Source of the DNA: Vulcanimicrobiota bacterium
GTDB lineage: Bacteria > Vulcanimicrobiota > Vulcanimicrobiia > Vulcanimicrobiales > Vulcanimicrobiaceae
Length of the DNA stretch: 64,000 nucleotides
Direction of reading: 5' to 3'
Assembly (NCBI GenBank): GCA_003135555.1
Contig: PLCF01000072.1
Location: 1 to 64,000, forward strand
The translations under genes were made by a program, and so were the position numbers. Positions within the stretch are counted from its first letter, which is position 1. Each line of letters begins with the position of its first letter. Positions 21,891-31,715 of this stretch are shown here, piece by piece. Below the pieces are notes generated by a model. The model ran no database searches, was not told the origin of the DNA, and worked only from the letters and a program-made list of their open reading frames with translations.

Positions 21891-23138
21891 TTAGCCTCCG
21901 CAGGCGTTGCAGGCGGGGTGGGTGCGGTCGTAGACAGGCTGCTTGAGGTACTCCGCGGGGTTGTAGGTCCAGAACTGCGAGACGTTCGGGTAGGTTTGGA
22001 CGACGACGTTTTGCAGCTGTGAGCCTTGCTTCTCGACGCGGCGGATGTAGATGTTCTGCACGGGGTTGCCACGGTCGTCGAGGTGGACCGGACCGCGTGG
22101 TGCGTCGGTGATGCGCACGGCGCGCATCGCCTTGACGAACGCCACGGCATCGCCGGAATTACCCTTCACGGCGGCGAGGCCGCGGTCAAGGTACTGGGCG
22201 CCGACGTACGTGCCTTCGGCGTAGTACGACGGTTCGTGACCGTACGCTTTCGTATACGCGGCGACGAACTTGTCGTTGGCGGGCGACTTGAGCGCGGCGG
22301 TGTATTGCAGCGCCGTGACCATCCCGGCCGCGTCGGGCGTGTCTTGGAGCGTACTCTCGTCAGTAGTGTTGCCCTGACAGATCAGCGGCATCTTCAGACC
22401 GAACGCTTTGTACTGCTTGACGAAGTTGACCGCGGCCGCACCGGAGTAGCTGCACATCACCGCGTCAACGTCACGGGGAAGGGCCGACAGGAACGGCGAG
22501 TAGTCCGACGTCACCAGCGGCGTCCAGACTTGTTTGGTGACCTTGCCGCCGTCGCGTTGGAACGTGTCGACGAAGCCGCCCAGGCTCTCCCAGCCGAAGC
22601 TGAAGTCGTAGGCGATCGTTGCGACCTTGCGATACTTGAGCGTCTTGTAGGCGTAGTCGCCGAGCACGTGCGTCGGCTGGCTGCTGGTCCACTCGGTGCG
22701 CACGATATAGTCGCTGGGCGTGCGCTGCGTGATGTCGTCCGACGATACGATCGGGTAGACCGCGGCGACCTTGTGTTGTTCGATGTAGGGCACGATCGCC
22801 GAGCCGACGGCGGCGGAGAGCGGGCCGAACACGACATCGACGTGATCTTGCTCGACGAGCTTGCGGATCTGCGTGAGGCCGACCGACGGATTGCCTTGAT
22901 CGTCGGCGACGTCCACCTCGACCTTCATCCCGCCCAGCGTGTTGTTGTGCTCCTTGAGGTACAGCTCGAGCCCTTCTTGCATGTACTTGCCGGGGGCCGC
23001 GAAGACGCCGGTCACCGGATACAAGAACCCGATCTTGAAGGTCTTGGCCTGCGCGCGTGCATCGTGGGTCTGGGCGCCCACGCTTCCCAGCGCGAAAGCG
23101 GCCGCGGCGATCGCGGCCAAACGCTTGACGTTGGTCAT
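21891..23138 (-). CDS. ABC substrate-binding protein (LivJ/K-like, aromatic-binding type), copy 2
   Basis: IGFLYPVTG, ADDQGNP, DYSPFLS; signal peptide. Confidence 0.9.
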   Translation of the reverse strand: MTNVKRLAAIAAAAFALGSVGAQTHDARAQAKTFKIGFLYPVTGVFAAPGKYMQEGLELYLKEHNNTLGGMKVEVDVADDQGNPSVGLTQIRKLVEQDHVDVVFGPLSAAVGSAIVPYIEQHKVAAVYPIVSSDDITQRTPSDYIVRTEWTSSQPTHVLGDYAYKTLKYRKVATIAYDFSFGWESLGGFVDTFQRDGGKVTKQVWTPLVTSDYSPFLSALPRDVDAVMCSYSGAAAVNFVKQYKAFGLKMPLICQGNTTDESTLQDTPDAAGMVTALQYTAALKSPANDKFVAAYTKAYGHEPSYYAEGTYVGAQYLDRGLAAVKGNSGDAVAFVKAMRAVRITDAPRGPVHLDDRGNPVQNIYIRRVEKQGSQLQNVVVQTYPNVSQFWTYNPAEYLKQPVYDRTHPACNACGG

Positions 23139-24409
23139 TTGGTGTACCCCTGGAAGCTCGGCGAGTAGACAGGCTGTTTGAGATAATCGGCGACCTTGTA
23201 CGTCCAGAACTGCGAGACGTGCGGATAGGTCTTGATGACGACGTTCCAAGTCTTGGCGTACTTCGCCGCGTCGCCGCTGGTCGCGACGACTTTGCGCACG
23301 TAGACGTTCTCGACCGGCGCACCGTACTGGTCGAGCACCATCGGACCGAACGCCGACTCCGCGAGCTTGATTTGGCGCACCGCGCCCAGGAACATCCCGG
23401 CGTCGCCGGTATTGCCGTGGATCTTGTCGATCGCTTGCCCGACCCATTGCGCGGCCGTGTAGAAGGAGGTCGCCATGTAGGACGGCAGCACGCCCTCGGC
23501 CTTTCCGTACTTGTCGATGAATGCGCGCGTCGGCGCCGCGTCACGCCCTTCGGCGAAGTGGCCGAAGCTCGTGATCCCCTCCACGATCTCCGGTGCGATC
23601 GACCGAATGTTGGACTGGTCGGTGGTCGTCTCGTTGGCGATCAACGGGATCTTGCTCTTGAGCCCGAGCGAGCTCCACTGCTGCAAGAAGTGCACTGCGT
23701 CGGCGCCGACCATCTCGACGAACAGCGCGTCGGGTTTGTCGGCTTGAATCTTGGAGATGTAGGGCGAGTAGTCGGCGGTGCCCAGCGGCGCCCAGACCTG
23801 ATCGATGATCTTGCCGCCTTTCTCGCTGAACGTCTGCGCGAAACCGCCGGCGTTCTCGTAGCCGAAGGCGTAGCTGTTCGCCAGCGTCGCGACCTTGCGA
23901 TACCCTTGCTCGTAGGCCCACACGCCGGCGACGTGCGTCGGCAGGCTCGAGCTCCAACCCGCGACCTTGATTATGAACGCACTGGCCTGGCGCTGCGAGA
24001 GGTCGTCGGCCGAGACGGTCGGGAGAAACAGCGGGATACGGTGCGCGACCGTGTACGGCGCGACCGCCAGCCCTTCGTTGGCGAGGTACGGCCCGACGAC
24101 CACCTGCGCGCCGTCCTGCTCGACGGCGTGCCGGGCTTGGTCGAGCGCATGGGCCGCATTCGAGGCGGTATCGTAGACGGTAGTCTGAATCGTGCGGCCG
24201 CCGGCCTTGCCGCCGTGCTCTTTCCAGAACAGCTCCCAGCCGGCCACCATGTCGTGACCCGCGGCGGCGGCGGAGCCCGACGTCGGCGCGAGCAGCGCCA
24301 CCTTGATCGGACCTGGGTCGGCCGAGCGCGACGGCGCCGGCGTGACGAGAGCGAGCGTCGCGAGCGCGACGGCGAGGGCGGCGGTCTTCGCGGTGGTGGA
24401 TGTCCTCAT
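23135..24409 (-). CDS. ABC substrate-binding protein (LivJ/K-like), copy 1
   Basis: PLGTADYSPYISKI; C-terminus paralogous to the adjacent binding protein. Confidence 0.9.
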   Translation of the reverse strand: MRTSTTAKTAALAVALATLALVTPAPSRSADPGPIKVALLAPTSGSAAAAGHDMVAGWELFWKEHGGKAGGRTIQTTVYDTASNAAHALDQARHAVEQDGAQVVVGPYLANEGLAVAPYTVAHRIPLFLPTVSADDLSQRQASAFIIKVAGWSSSLPTHVAGVWAYEQGYRKVATLANSYAFGYENAGGFAQTFSEKGGKIIDQVWAPLGTADYSPYISKIQADKPDALFVEMVGADAVHFLQQWSSLGLKSKIPLIANETTTDQSNIRSIAPEIVEGITSFGHFAEGRDAAPTRAFIDKYGKAEGVLPSYMATSFYTAAQWVGQAIDKIHGNTGDAGMFLGAVRQIKLAESAFGPMVLDQYGAPVENVYVRKVVATSGDAAKYAKTWNVVIKTYPHVSQFWTYKVADYLKQPVYSPSFQGYTK

Positions 24410-24443
24410 CGATTCGATCCCTCCGGTATCGGTGCGAGCTGCG

Positions 24444-25145
24444 CTAGATGCCCAGGAACGTGGTTCGGACCGCGTGGTCGGTGCGAAGGATCTCCGGATC
24501 GCCGTGAAACACGACCCGGCCTTTGCTGATGATGTACGCCGTATCCGCGACGGCCAACGCGAGCGGAAGATTCTGCTCGACCAGGACGATCGCCAGACCG
24601 GTCTCTTTGAGCCGGCTCATCGTCGCTTCGAGTTCTCGCACGATAAGCGGCGCCAACCCTTCCGACGGCTCGTCCATGAGCAGCAAAACCGGGTTGGCCA
24701 TGAGTGCCCGGCCGATTGCGAGCATCTGTTGCTCGCCGCCGCTGAGCTGCCCGCCGTAGTTCCCGCTGCGCTCGCGCAAGCGTGGAAACAGCTCGTAGAC
24801 GGTCTCGGCGGTCCAGCGGCCCGGGCGGCCCGGGACGCCGCCCACGGCGAGGTTTTCCCGTACCGTGAGCGACGGGAAAATGCGCCGGCCCTGCGGCACG
24901 AGGCCGACGCCGCGGCGCGCGATCTCGTGCGACGGAAGCTTCTCGATCGCCTCGCCGGCGAACGCGACGCGGCCGGTTCGCGGCGGCGTGAACCCGATCA
25001 CCGACCGGATGAGCGTCGTCTTGCCGACGCCGTTGCGCCCCAGCAGCGCGGTGACGGTGCCGCTCTCGGCCTGCATCGAGACGCCCTGGAGCACGTGGCT
25101 GTGCTCGTAGTAGGTGTGGATGTCGACGACGTCGAGCAGGCTCAC
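24444..25145 (-). CDS. LivF-like ABC ATP-binding protein
   Basis: GRNGVGKT, LSGGEQQMLAIGRAL, DEPSEGLAP. Confidence 0.92.
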   Translation of the reverse strand: MSLLDVVDIHTYYEHSHVLQGVSMQAESGTVTALLGRNGVGKTTLIRSVIGFTPPRTGRVAFAGEAIEKLPSHEIARRGVGLVPQGRRIFPSLTVRENLAVGGVPGRPGRWTAETVYELFPRLRERSGNYGGQLSGGEQQMLAIGRALMANPVLLLMDEPSEGLAPLIVRELEATMSRLKETGLAIVLVEQNLPLALAVADTAYIISKGRVVFHGDPEILRTDHAVRTTFLGI

Positions 25146-25939
25146 AACTTCCCGCCCAGATAGATCTCTTGCACGTTCGCGTCGCCGCGAATCGTGTCGA
25201 GCGGCCCGTCGGCGACGACGCGGCCATTGTGCAGAACCGTGAGCCGCTCGACGACGTCGAACACGACGCCCATGTCGTGCTCGATGAGCACCATCGTCAC
25301 TCCCTCGCGCTCCGTCTTGAGCATCTCGGTGACGAGCGTTGCGTCGCCGGGGGCGAGCCCGGCCGTCGGCTCGTCGAGCAGCAGGAGTTTGGGGCGCTGC
25401 GCGAGCGCGAGCAGGATCTCGATCTGCCGCTTCTCGCCGTACCCCAGCGTGTCGACGACGGCGTTCGCGCGCCCCACCAAGCCGACGCGCTCGAGCAGCG
25501 CGCACGCCTCGGCGTCACGGGCGCGAAAACGGCTGCGCGGCGCGAGCAGCTGGAAGCGCTCGGCGCTGTGCGCCTGCAGCGCTAAGACCAGGTTCTCGAC
25601 GACGGTGAGCCGCGGAAACAGCGTCGTGGTCTGAAACGTTCGCGCCATCCCGCGGCGCGCCCGGGCATAGGTGCTCAGGCGCGTGACGTCCCTGCCCAGA
25701 AACTGCACCGAGCCGCGGGTGGGCGGCAGTTCGCCGGCGATGATGTTGAAGAGCGTCGACTTGCCCGCGCCGTTGGGACCGATGATCCCGCAGCGCTCGC
25801 CGGTGCGGATCGACAGCGAGACGTCTTCGAGCACGCGCACGTTGCCGAAGCGTTTCGAGACTCCGTCGAGCGCGAGGCAGACGCCGGCGGGCGCGGCCAT
25901 GTCATCCTGACCGTTCGACGGGCTCACGGGAACGATCAC
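25142..25939 (-). CDS. LivG-like ABC ATP-binding protein
   Basis: GPNGAGKS, LGYGEKRQIE, IEHDM. Start is GTG 25939 or ATG 25900. Confidence 0.9.
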   Translation of the reverse strand: MIVPVSPSNGQDDMAAPAGVCLALDGVSKRFGNVRVLEDVSLSIRTGERCGIIGPNGAGKSTLFNIIAGELPPTRGSVQFLGRDVTRLSTYARARRGMARTFQTTTLFPRLTVVENLVLALQAHSAERFQLLAPRSRFRARDAEACALLERVGLVGRANAVVDTLGYGEKRQIEILLALAQRPKLLLLDEPTAGLAPGDATLVTEMLKTEREGVTMVLIEHDMGVVFDVVERLTVLHNGRVVADGPLDTIRGDANVQEIYLGGKL

Positions 25940-26913
25940 GGTTCCTCGGTCGCGAGCGCGGCGCGGCGCCCGCGCAGGCGCGCCCACAGCCGCGGTATGA
26001 GCGCGACCAGGCCGCCCGGCGCGTACATCACCACGGCGAAGTAGACCAGACCCAAGATCATCTCCCAGCGCTGCGTCACCGCGCTGAGCTCGTTGCTGAG
26101 AAAGACGACGACGAAGGCGCCGAAGAGCTGACCGTAGAGCGTCCCGATGCCGCCCAAGATCACCATGATAAGGATTTGGGTCGTCTGGTCGAGCGAGAGC
26201 GTGACCGGTCCGACGAACTGGTTGTACCAGGCGAACAAGACGCCCGCCATTCCCGCAAACCCCGCCGACAGCATCAGCGCGAGATACCGGTAGAGCCACA
26301 CGTTGTAGCCCAGTGCGAGCATGCGGCGCGGCGTCTCCCGGACGCCCTTGAGCACCAAGCCGAAGGGCGACCGCACGACGATCAACAACAGCGCGAGCGC
26401 GAGGACGAAAAATGCCAAGCAGACGTAGTAGTAGCCGGTGTTCGCGGAGACGTCGAACGGCCCGACGTGCGGGCGCACGATCCCGGTGATCCCGTTGTCG
26501 CCGCCGCTCACCGAGACCCACTGGTAGGCCAGACCCCAGACGATCTCGTTGAGCGCGATCGTCATAATGATGAACCCCACGCCTTCGCTGCGCAACGCGA
26601 CCAGGCCGAAGAGCGCCGCCGTCAACACCGCTGCGACGATCCCCAGCACGATCACCTCGGCGAAGCCGGTGATGTGGAAGCGCGTCGCGCCGATCGCCAC
26701 GGTATAGGCGCCCACACCGAACAGTGCCGCTTGACTGAAGTTCACGAGGCCGGTGAAGCCGACGAGCAGGTCGAGGCTCATCGCGACGATCGCATAGATC
26801 CACGTCTGCGTCAGCAACGAGATATAGAACGTCGGCACGCCCAGACGCGGCAGCAGCAGCGCGACGATCAGGCCCGTCGCCGCGGCGATCGCCCAGCGCG
26901 TGCGCACGCTCAT
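25936..26913 (-). CDS. LivM-like ABC permease
   Basis: DLLVGFTGLVNF, GGDNG, RSPFG motifs. Confidence 0.9.
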   Translation of the reverse strand: MSVRTRWAIAAATGLIVALLLPRLGVPTFYISLLTQTWIYAIVAMSLDLLVGFTGLVNFSQAALFGVGAYTVAIGATRFHITGFAEVIVLGIVAAVLTAALFGLVALRSEGVGFIIMTIALNEIVWGLAYQWVSVSGGDNGITGIVRPHVGPFDVSANTGYYYVCLAFFVLALALLLIVVRSPFGLVLKGVRETPRRMLALGYNVWLYRYLALMLSAGFAGMAGVLFAWYNQFVGPVTLSLDQTTQILIMVILGGIGTLYGQLFGAFVVVFLSNELSAVTQRWEMILGLVYFAVVMYAPGGLVALIPRLWARLRGRRAALATEEP

Positions 26914-27773
26914 AGCTTTCTCCCGAACAACCCTTGCGGGCGGAACGCCATGATGAGCGCGACCGGGACGAAGATCGTGAAGTAGGACAGCTCGGGGAAC
27001 ATCGCCTTGCCGAACGCATTGACCAGACCGATCAGCAGGCTGCCCACGAAGGCCCCCGTCAGGCTGCCCATTCCGCCCACGATGACGACGGCGAAGGCCA
27101 GCGGCAGGAGCTCGCCGTCGAGCCCGGGGTAGGCACTGGTGATGGGGCCGCCCAGCATCCCGCCCAGCCCCGCGATGAGCGCGCCCGCCGCGAAAACGAT
27201 GTAGAAGGCGCGATTGACGTCGACGCCCAGCCCGCGCGCCATCTCCTCGTCGTCGACGCTGGCGCGAATGATCACGCCCAGCATCGTGCGCTGCAGCGAC
27301 AGAAACATGATCGCCGCAATGAGAAAGCTGATCCCGATGAGCGCGAGCCAGTATTGAGGGAAGACCAGCGAACCGACGGTGATCGAGCCGCCCAGCATCG
27401 CCGGCGGCGCGATGGCGTGCGGGTCGCCGCCCCAGCGCGCCAGGATTCCGTCGTCGAGGATGAGCGCGAAGCCTAAGGTGAGCAGCAACGACGTGAGCGG
27501 GTCGGCGTGATAGCGGTGCAGGAAGGCGCTGTACACCGCCAGCCCCAGCGCCATCGTCAACACGCCGCCGGCCAGTCCGGCGAGCCAGAAGTTCCACCCT
27601 TGCCCGACCAAGGAGAGCCCGATGTAGGCGCCCAGCAGATAGAACGCCGTCTGCGCGAGATTGATGATGCGCATCAGCCCGAAGATCAGCGTGAGACCCG
27701 AGGCGATCAGAAACAGCAGACTTCCGTAGGCGAGCCCGCCGAGAGCGTTTTGGACGTAGAACTGGATGCCCAT
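26910..27773 (-). CDS. LivH-like ABC permease
   Basis: ASGLTLIFGLMRIINLA, VGGMGSL motifs. Confidence 0.92.
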   Translation of the reverse strand: MGIQFYVQNALGGLAYGSLLFLIASGLTLIFGLMRIINLAQTAFYLLGAYIGLSLVGQGWNFWLAGLAGGVLTMALGLAVYSAFLHRYHADPLTSLLLTLGFALILDDGILARWGGDPHAIAPPAMLGGSITVGSLVFPQYWLALIGISFLIAAIMFLSLQRTMLGVIIRASVDDEEMARGLGVDVNRAFYIVFAAGALIAGLGGMLGGPITSAYPGLDGELLPLAFAVVIVGGMGSLTGAFVGSLLIGLVNAFGKAMFPELSYFTIFVPVALIMAFRPQGLFGRKL

Positions 27774-27792
27774 CGATCCTCGCGCTACACCG

Positions 27793-28686
27793 TTACGGGT
27801 CGGCCGGAAGTCCGGCCATGGTTTTCAAGACCGAGGCGATGGCGGCGGTGTCCTGTTTTCCGCGGCCCTGCGCCAACGCCGCGGCGTAGAACGCGGCACT
27901 CTGCGTGAATAGCGGCGTCGGCGCTCCGACCTCCTGGGCGAACGCCGTGATGATGTCGATGTCTTTCTGATACACGTCGAGCTTCATCGTGGGCTCGTCG
28001 TAGTGCCCGGCGACCATCATCGGGCCGCGCACGCCGAGCATGCGCGAGGCGCCCGCGCCGTCGCCGACCACCTCGAGCATGAGTGCCGGGTCGACCCCGG
28101 ACTTGAGCGCGAGCACCACGGCTTCCGCCGTCGAGAGGTTGTGAATCGTGACCAGCAGGTTGGCGATGTACTTGAGCTTCGAGCCGGCGCCGAACTCACC
28201 GACGTACCGGACCGAACGCGCCGTCGCCGCCAGGACGTGCGCGGCGGCGTCAGACGCCGCGCGGTCGCCGCTGACGTAGAAGACGATGTCCTTGACGACC
28301 GCTTGCGAGCCGGTGCCGCTGACCGGCGCGTCGAGCAGCGTCACGCCGCGCTCGGCCAGGCGCGCGCGGGCGCGTTCCTTCACCGCCAGCGGGAGCGTGC
28401 TGGCTTCCACCACGACGAGCCCGGCGCGGGCGCCCGCGGCCAGCCCGTCCGGGTCGAACAATGCCGCCTGGAGCGCCGCTGCGCTGGGCAGCGCGGTGAT
28501 CACGAAGTCCGCATCTTGCGCGAGCGCGCGCGGCGTCCCGGCGGCGCTGCCGCCGCGCTGTCCGAAGCGCTGCGTCGCGCCGGCCGCGACATCGAACCCG
28601 GTCGTAACGAACCCCGCGTCGATGAGATGACCGGCGTAGGCGGAGCCCATGATCCCCAGGCCGATCACCCCGACGCGGTTCGACAC
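27793..28686 (-). CDS. NAD(P)-dependent oxidoreductase, 3-hydroxyisobutyrate dehydrogenase family
   Basis: GVIGLGIMG, DAPVSG, catalytic KxxxN (KYIAN). Confidence 0.9.
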   Translation of the reverse strand: MSNRVGVIGLGIMGSAYAGHLIDAGFVTTGFDVAAGATQRFGQRGGSAAGTPRALAQDADFVITALPSAAALQAALFDPDGLAAGARAGLVVVEASTLPLAVKERARARLAERGVTLLDAPVSGTGSQAVVKDIVFYVSGDRAASDAAAHVLAATARSVRYVGEFGAGSKLKYIANLLVTIHNLSTAEAVVLALKSGVDPALMLEVVGDGAGASRMLGVRGPMMVAGHYDEPTMKLDVYQKDIDIITAFAQEVGAPTPLFTQSAAFYAAALAQGRGKQDTAAIASVLKTMAGLPADP

Positions 28687-28689
28687 CGG

Positions 28690-29799
28690 CTACGCGACCG
28701 ACGTGCGGCGCGCGGCGGCGAGCGCGGCGTTGACGCGCGGCATGACCTCAGTCGCCATCAGCTCCATCGAGCGCCGCGCCAGCGCCGCGTCGGCCCAGTC
28801 GTGACCGGCATAGAGGAGCGTGCCGAAATCACCGATCGCGGCGCGGAATGCCAACAGTTGCTCCACGACGGAGTCGACCGTCCCGCAGATCACCAGCGAG
28901 TCGAGGACGTAGTCCAGGGTGATGGCGGAGTCGGGCATCTCGCGGTTGGCCTTGAACAGCTCGGGCCGGCCGTTGCCGATCAGCTTCGTCATCAGCGACT
29001 TGAAGTAGTAGGCATAGGGTCCGTCGTGCCCCTTGGCGTAGCGCCGCGCCGTCGCATCGTCGTCGGCGACGAAGACGCTCTTGGCGACGCGCCAGTCGAC
29101 CGGATCGGCGGTGCGCTTGCCGTTCGCGCAACCCTCCTGATACTTGGGCCAGTGCGAGGCGACCCAATTGGGCTGCAGGAAGTTCGCCGAGATCGGCGTC
29201 CAGCCGCGTTCGGCCGCCGCGACGACGCCCTTCGAAAACGGGGCGACGGCGGTGACGACGATGGGCGGGTGCGGCTGCTGATAGGGCTTGACGATGCTGC
29301 CCTGGCCGGTCTCGCGATTCATCGTGCGCCGCGTCGAGAGCGACCAGTACTCGCCCGCAAGGTCGTAGGGCGCCTCGCCGGCCCAGATCGCCAACACTTG
29401 GTCGATCGCTTCGACGAACATGGCCGTGCGATCGCGGTCGAGGTTGCCGAAGGCCTCCGCGTCGGAGAGCAAACCGCCCGGACTGATGCCGAAAAGAAAC
29501 CGTCCTTCGAGCAAGTGATCGATCATTGCAACCTGCGCGGCGACTTGCGCCGGATGGTTGTTGGGGAGATTGACGGTGCCGCTGCCCAGGACGATTTTGC
29601 TGGTGCGGTCCAGCAGCGACGCGATGAAGCTCAGGCACGACGTCACGGGCTCGGCGAGATCGGTGACGTGCTCGCCGACGAATGCCTCGACGAAGCCGAG
29701 CTCCTCGGCCAGGACGATCGCTTCGCGGTCTTCCTTGAGCACCTCGGTGTAGTTGCGCGACGGGGGGTGAAGGGGCATCGTGAAGTAGCCGAGCCGCAT
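28690..29799 (-). CDS. LLM-class flavin-dependent monooxygenase (diketocamphane-monooxygenase-like branch)
   Basis: GEH, GRFLFGISPGG, KPYQQPHPPI, EVMP motifs. Confidence 0.9.
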   Translation of the reverse strand: MRLGYFTMPLHPPSRNYTEVLKEDREAIVLAEELGFVEAFVGEHVTDLAEPVTSCLSFIASLLDRTSKIVLGSGTVNLPNNHPAQVAAQVAMIDHLLEGRFLFGISPGGLLSDAEAFGNLDRDRTAMFVEAIDQVLAIWAGEAPYDLAGEYWSLSTRRTMNRETGQGSIVKPYQQPHPPIVVTAVAPFSKGVVAAAERGWTPISANFLQPNWVASHWPKYQEGCANGKRTADPVDWRVAKSVFVADDDATARRYAKGHDGPYAYYFKSLMTKLIGNGRPELFKANREMPDSAITLDYVLDSLVICGTVDSVVEQLLAFRAAIGDFGTLLYAGHDWADAALARRSMELMATEVMPRVNAALAAARRTSVA

Positions 29800-29824
29800 C
29801 CGCGATCCTCCGCCCCAAACCCGC

Positions 29825-29834
29825 TATCTATCGA
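29825..29834. promoter_or_regulatory. Putative TetR operator, partial copy
   Basis: TATCTATCGA matches the reverse complement of 31697-31706 and lies between the divergent LLM and tetR genes. Confidence 0.5.
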
Positions 29835-29971
29835 CCGATCACCCAAATCGAGCGCCGGCGCGGCCTCGGGGTCGGGACGTGTTCACGCGGCCCGACGCTT
29901 TTCCTTGCGCCGCCGCAGCTGCGCTCCGGACGGCGACAGGAGGCGCGCTGATTATCGCCATATCAGCACGG

Positions 29972-30655
29972 ATGGCCTCGAAGAGGCGGCTCTCGGCCGA
30001 CGAGCGCGAGCGTCTCATCGCCCGCGGTGCGGTGGCGTTCTTCTGTGAGGCCGGCTTCGGCGGGCAGACGCGCGAGCTGGCGAAGCGGCTGGGGGTCACG
30101 CAGCCCCTGCTCTACCGCTACTTCCCCAACAAAGAAGCGCTGATCGATCGCGTCTACCGCGAGGTCTACCTCAACCGCTGGGACCCGCGCTGGGAAGAGC
30201 TGCTCGACGACGACTCGCGCCCGGCGCGCGAACGGATCATCGCCTTCTACCGCGACTACGCCAAGGCCGTGCTGAGCTACGAGTGGATCCGCATCTTCAT
30301 GTTCTCGGGTTTGCGCGGGATGAACCTCAACAGCCGGTATCTCACGCTGGTACGCGACCGGATCTACACGCGGGTGATCCGCGAGGTTCGGCGCGAGTAC
30401 GGTATGCCGTCACCGGCCGAGGTTCCGATCGGCGAGCTGGAGTTCGAGCTGGTGTGGGCACTGCACGCCAGCATCTTCTATATCGGGATCCGCAAGTGGA
30501 TCTACGGCCTCGAGATCCCCGAGAACGTCGATGAGGTGGTCGAGAAGCTCGCCACGTCGTTCCTCGACGGCGTCCCGGCCGTCATGGCGCGTGCGCTGGA
30601 AGGGGCGCCGAAGACCCGCGCTGCGCGACCTCGTCGAGGTCGCGAGCGCGCGTAA
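29972..30655 (+). CDS. TetR/AcrR family transcriptional regulator
   Basis: HTH TRELAKRLGVTQPLLYRYFPNKEAL. Confidence 0.92.
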   Translation: MASKRRLSADERERLIARGAVAFFCEAGFGGQTRELAKRLGVTQPLLYRYFPNKEALIDRVYREVYLNRWDPRWEELLDDDSRPARERIIAFYRDYAKAVLSYEWIRIFMFSGLRGMNLNSRYLTLVRDRIYTRVIREVRREYGMPSPAEVPIGELEFELVWALHASIFYIGIRKWIYGLEIPENVDEVVEKLATSFLDGVPAVMARALEGAPKTRAARPRRGRERA

Positions 30656-31643
30656 GAAAGCTGCGCGCGTTCCCGCCCAGGATCGCGGCGCGCGCGGCCG
30701 CGTCGAGCCCTGGGATGTTCGCGACGGTCCCGCGCGGGTCGTCGATCCCCATGTCGAACGGACGGTCGGTCCCGACCACGACCCGGCCCGGACCGACGCG
30801 TTCGACGAGGTACGCGAGCAGCGCGTCGTCGTGCGTGACGATGTCGAAGTAGAGTTGCGCGAGGTAGGCGCTGGGCGGCTTGGGGATCGTCTTGGTTTCG
30901 GGCCGTACTCGGTACCCGTGGTCGAGCCGTCCGGCGATCGCCGCCAGCGTACCGCCGCCGTGGGCCAGGATCATGGTGAGCTGCGGAAAGCGCTCGAACA
31001 CCCCCGCGAAGATCAGCCGCGCGGCGATCAACGCTGTCTCCGACGGATTCCCGAACAGGTTGCCCAGGTAGTAGGCCCCGGCACGCGTGCCGCCGAGCTC
31101 GTGGTGCGGGTGCATGAACACCGGCACGCCGAGCGTGCAGCAGGCGCTCCAGAATGGGTCGAGCGCGGGGTCGTCGAGCGGCGCACCCGCGACGCTCGAG
31201 CCGATCTCTACACCCCAGCATCCCAGCTGTTCGACCGCGCGGCGCAGCTCGACGACCGCGGCACGGGGCGACTGCAGCGGCACGGTTGCAAACGTCGCAA
31301 AGCCCTGCGGGGCGCGCGCGGCCGCGGCGGCCAGCGCGTCGTTGCCGGCCCGGCAGATCGCGGCGCCCAGCTCAGGCTCCGCTCCGTAGGCAAAGTAGAA
31401 CGGCGGCAGGCACAGGATCTGGCGGTCGATCCCCTGCTCGGCGGCGAGCGCGGCACGCGCGTCGAGATCGTAGAGCAGCGGGAAATACGGCAAGCGGGAT
31501 CGCTCGGCCGCGTAGCCGCAGACCGAACGGTCGAGGTCGACAACCCCGGCGTCCTTGCGGGCATCGATCAGCCCACGCCGGCGCAGCGCAGCGACGAAGG
31601 CGTCGGGGAGAAAGTGCGCGTGGCAATCGATGCAGAGCGGCAT
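30582..31643 (-). CDS. Amidohydrolase_2 family protein (ACMSD-like decarboxylase/hydratase)
   Basis: IDCHAH, FMHP, AHGGG, GTDRPF; its 3' end overlaps tetR by 74 nt. Confidence 0.88.
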   Translation of the reverse strand: MPLCIDCHAHFLPDAFVAALRRRGLIDARKDAGVVDLDRSVCGYAAERSRLPYFPLLYDLDARAALAAEQGIDRQILCLPPFYFAYGAEPELGAAICRAGNDALAAAAARAPQGFATFATVPLQSPRAAVVELRRAVEQLGCWGVEIGSSVAGAPLDDPALDPFWSACCTLGVPVFMHPHHELGGTRAGAYYLGNLFGNPSETALIAARLIFAGVFERFPQLTMILAHGGGTLAAIAGRLDHGYRVRPETKTIPKPPSAYLAQLYFDIVTHDDALLAYLVERVGPGRVVVGTDRPFDMGIDDPRGTVANIPGLDAAARAAILGGNARSFLTRARDLDEVAQRGSSAPLPAHAP

Positions 31644-31668
31644 GTGCCTCCTCGTCCTGCGGCAGGCC

Positions 31669-31708
31669 TTGACACGCGCCGTGCCACCGTGTTTTATCGA
31701 TAGATAAA
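31669..31708 (+). promoter_or_regulatory. Sigma70-type promoter with overlapping palindromic operator
   Basis: TTGACA (31669-74), 17 nt, TG-TTTTAT (31692-97); inverted repeat TTTATC-GATA-GATAAA at 31693-31708. Confidence 0.65.
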
Positions 31709-31715
31709 TAACCCT

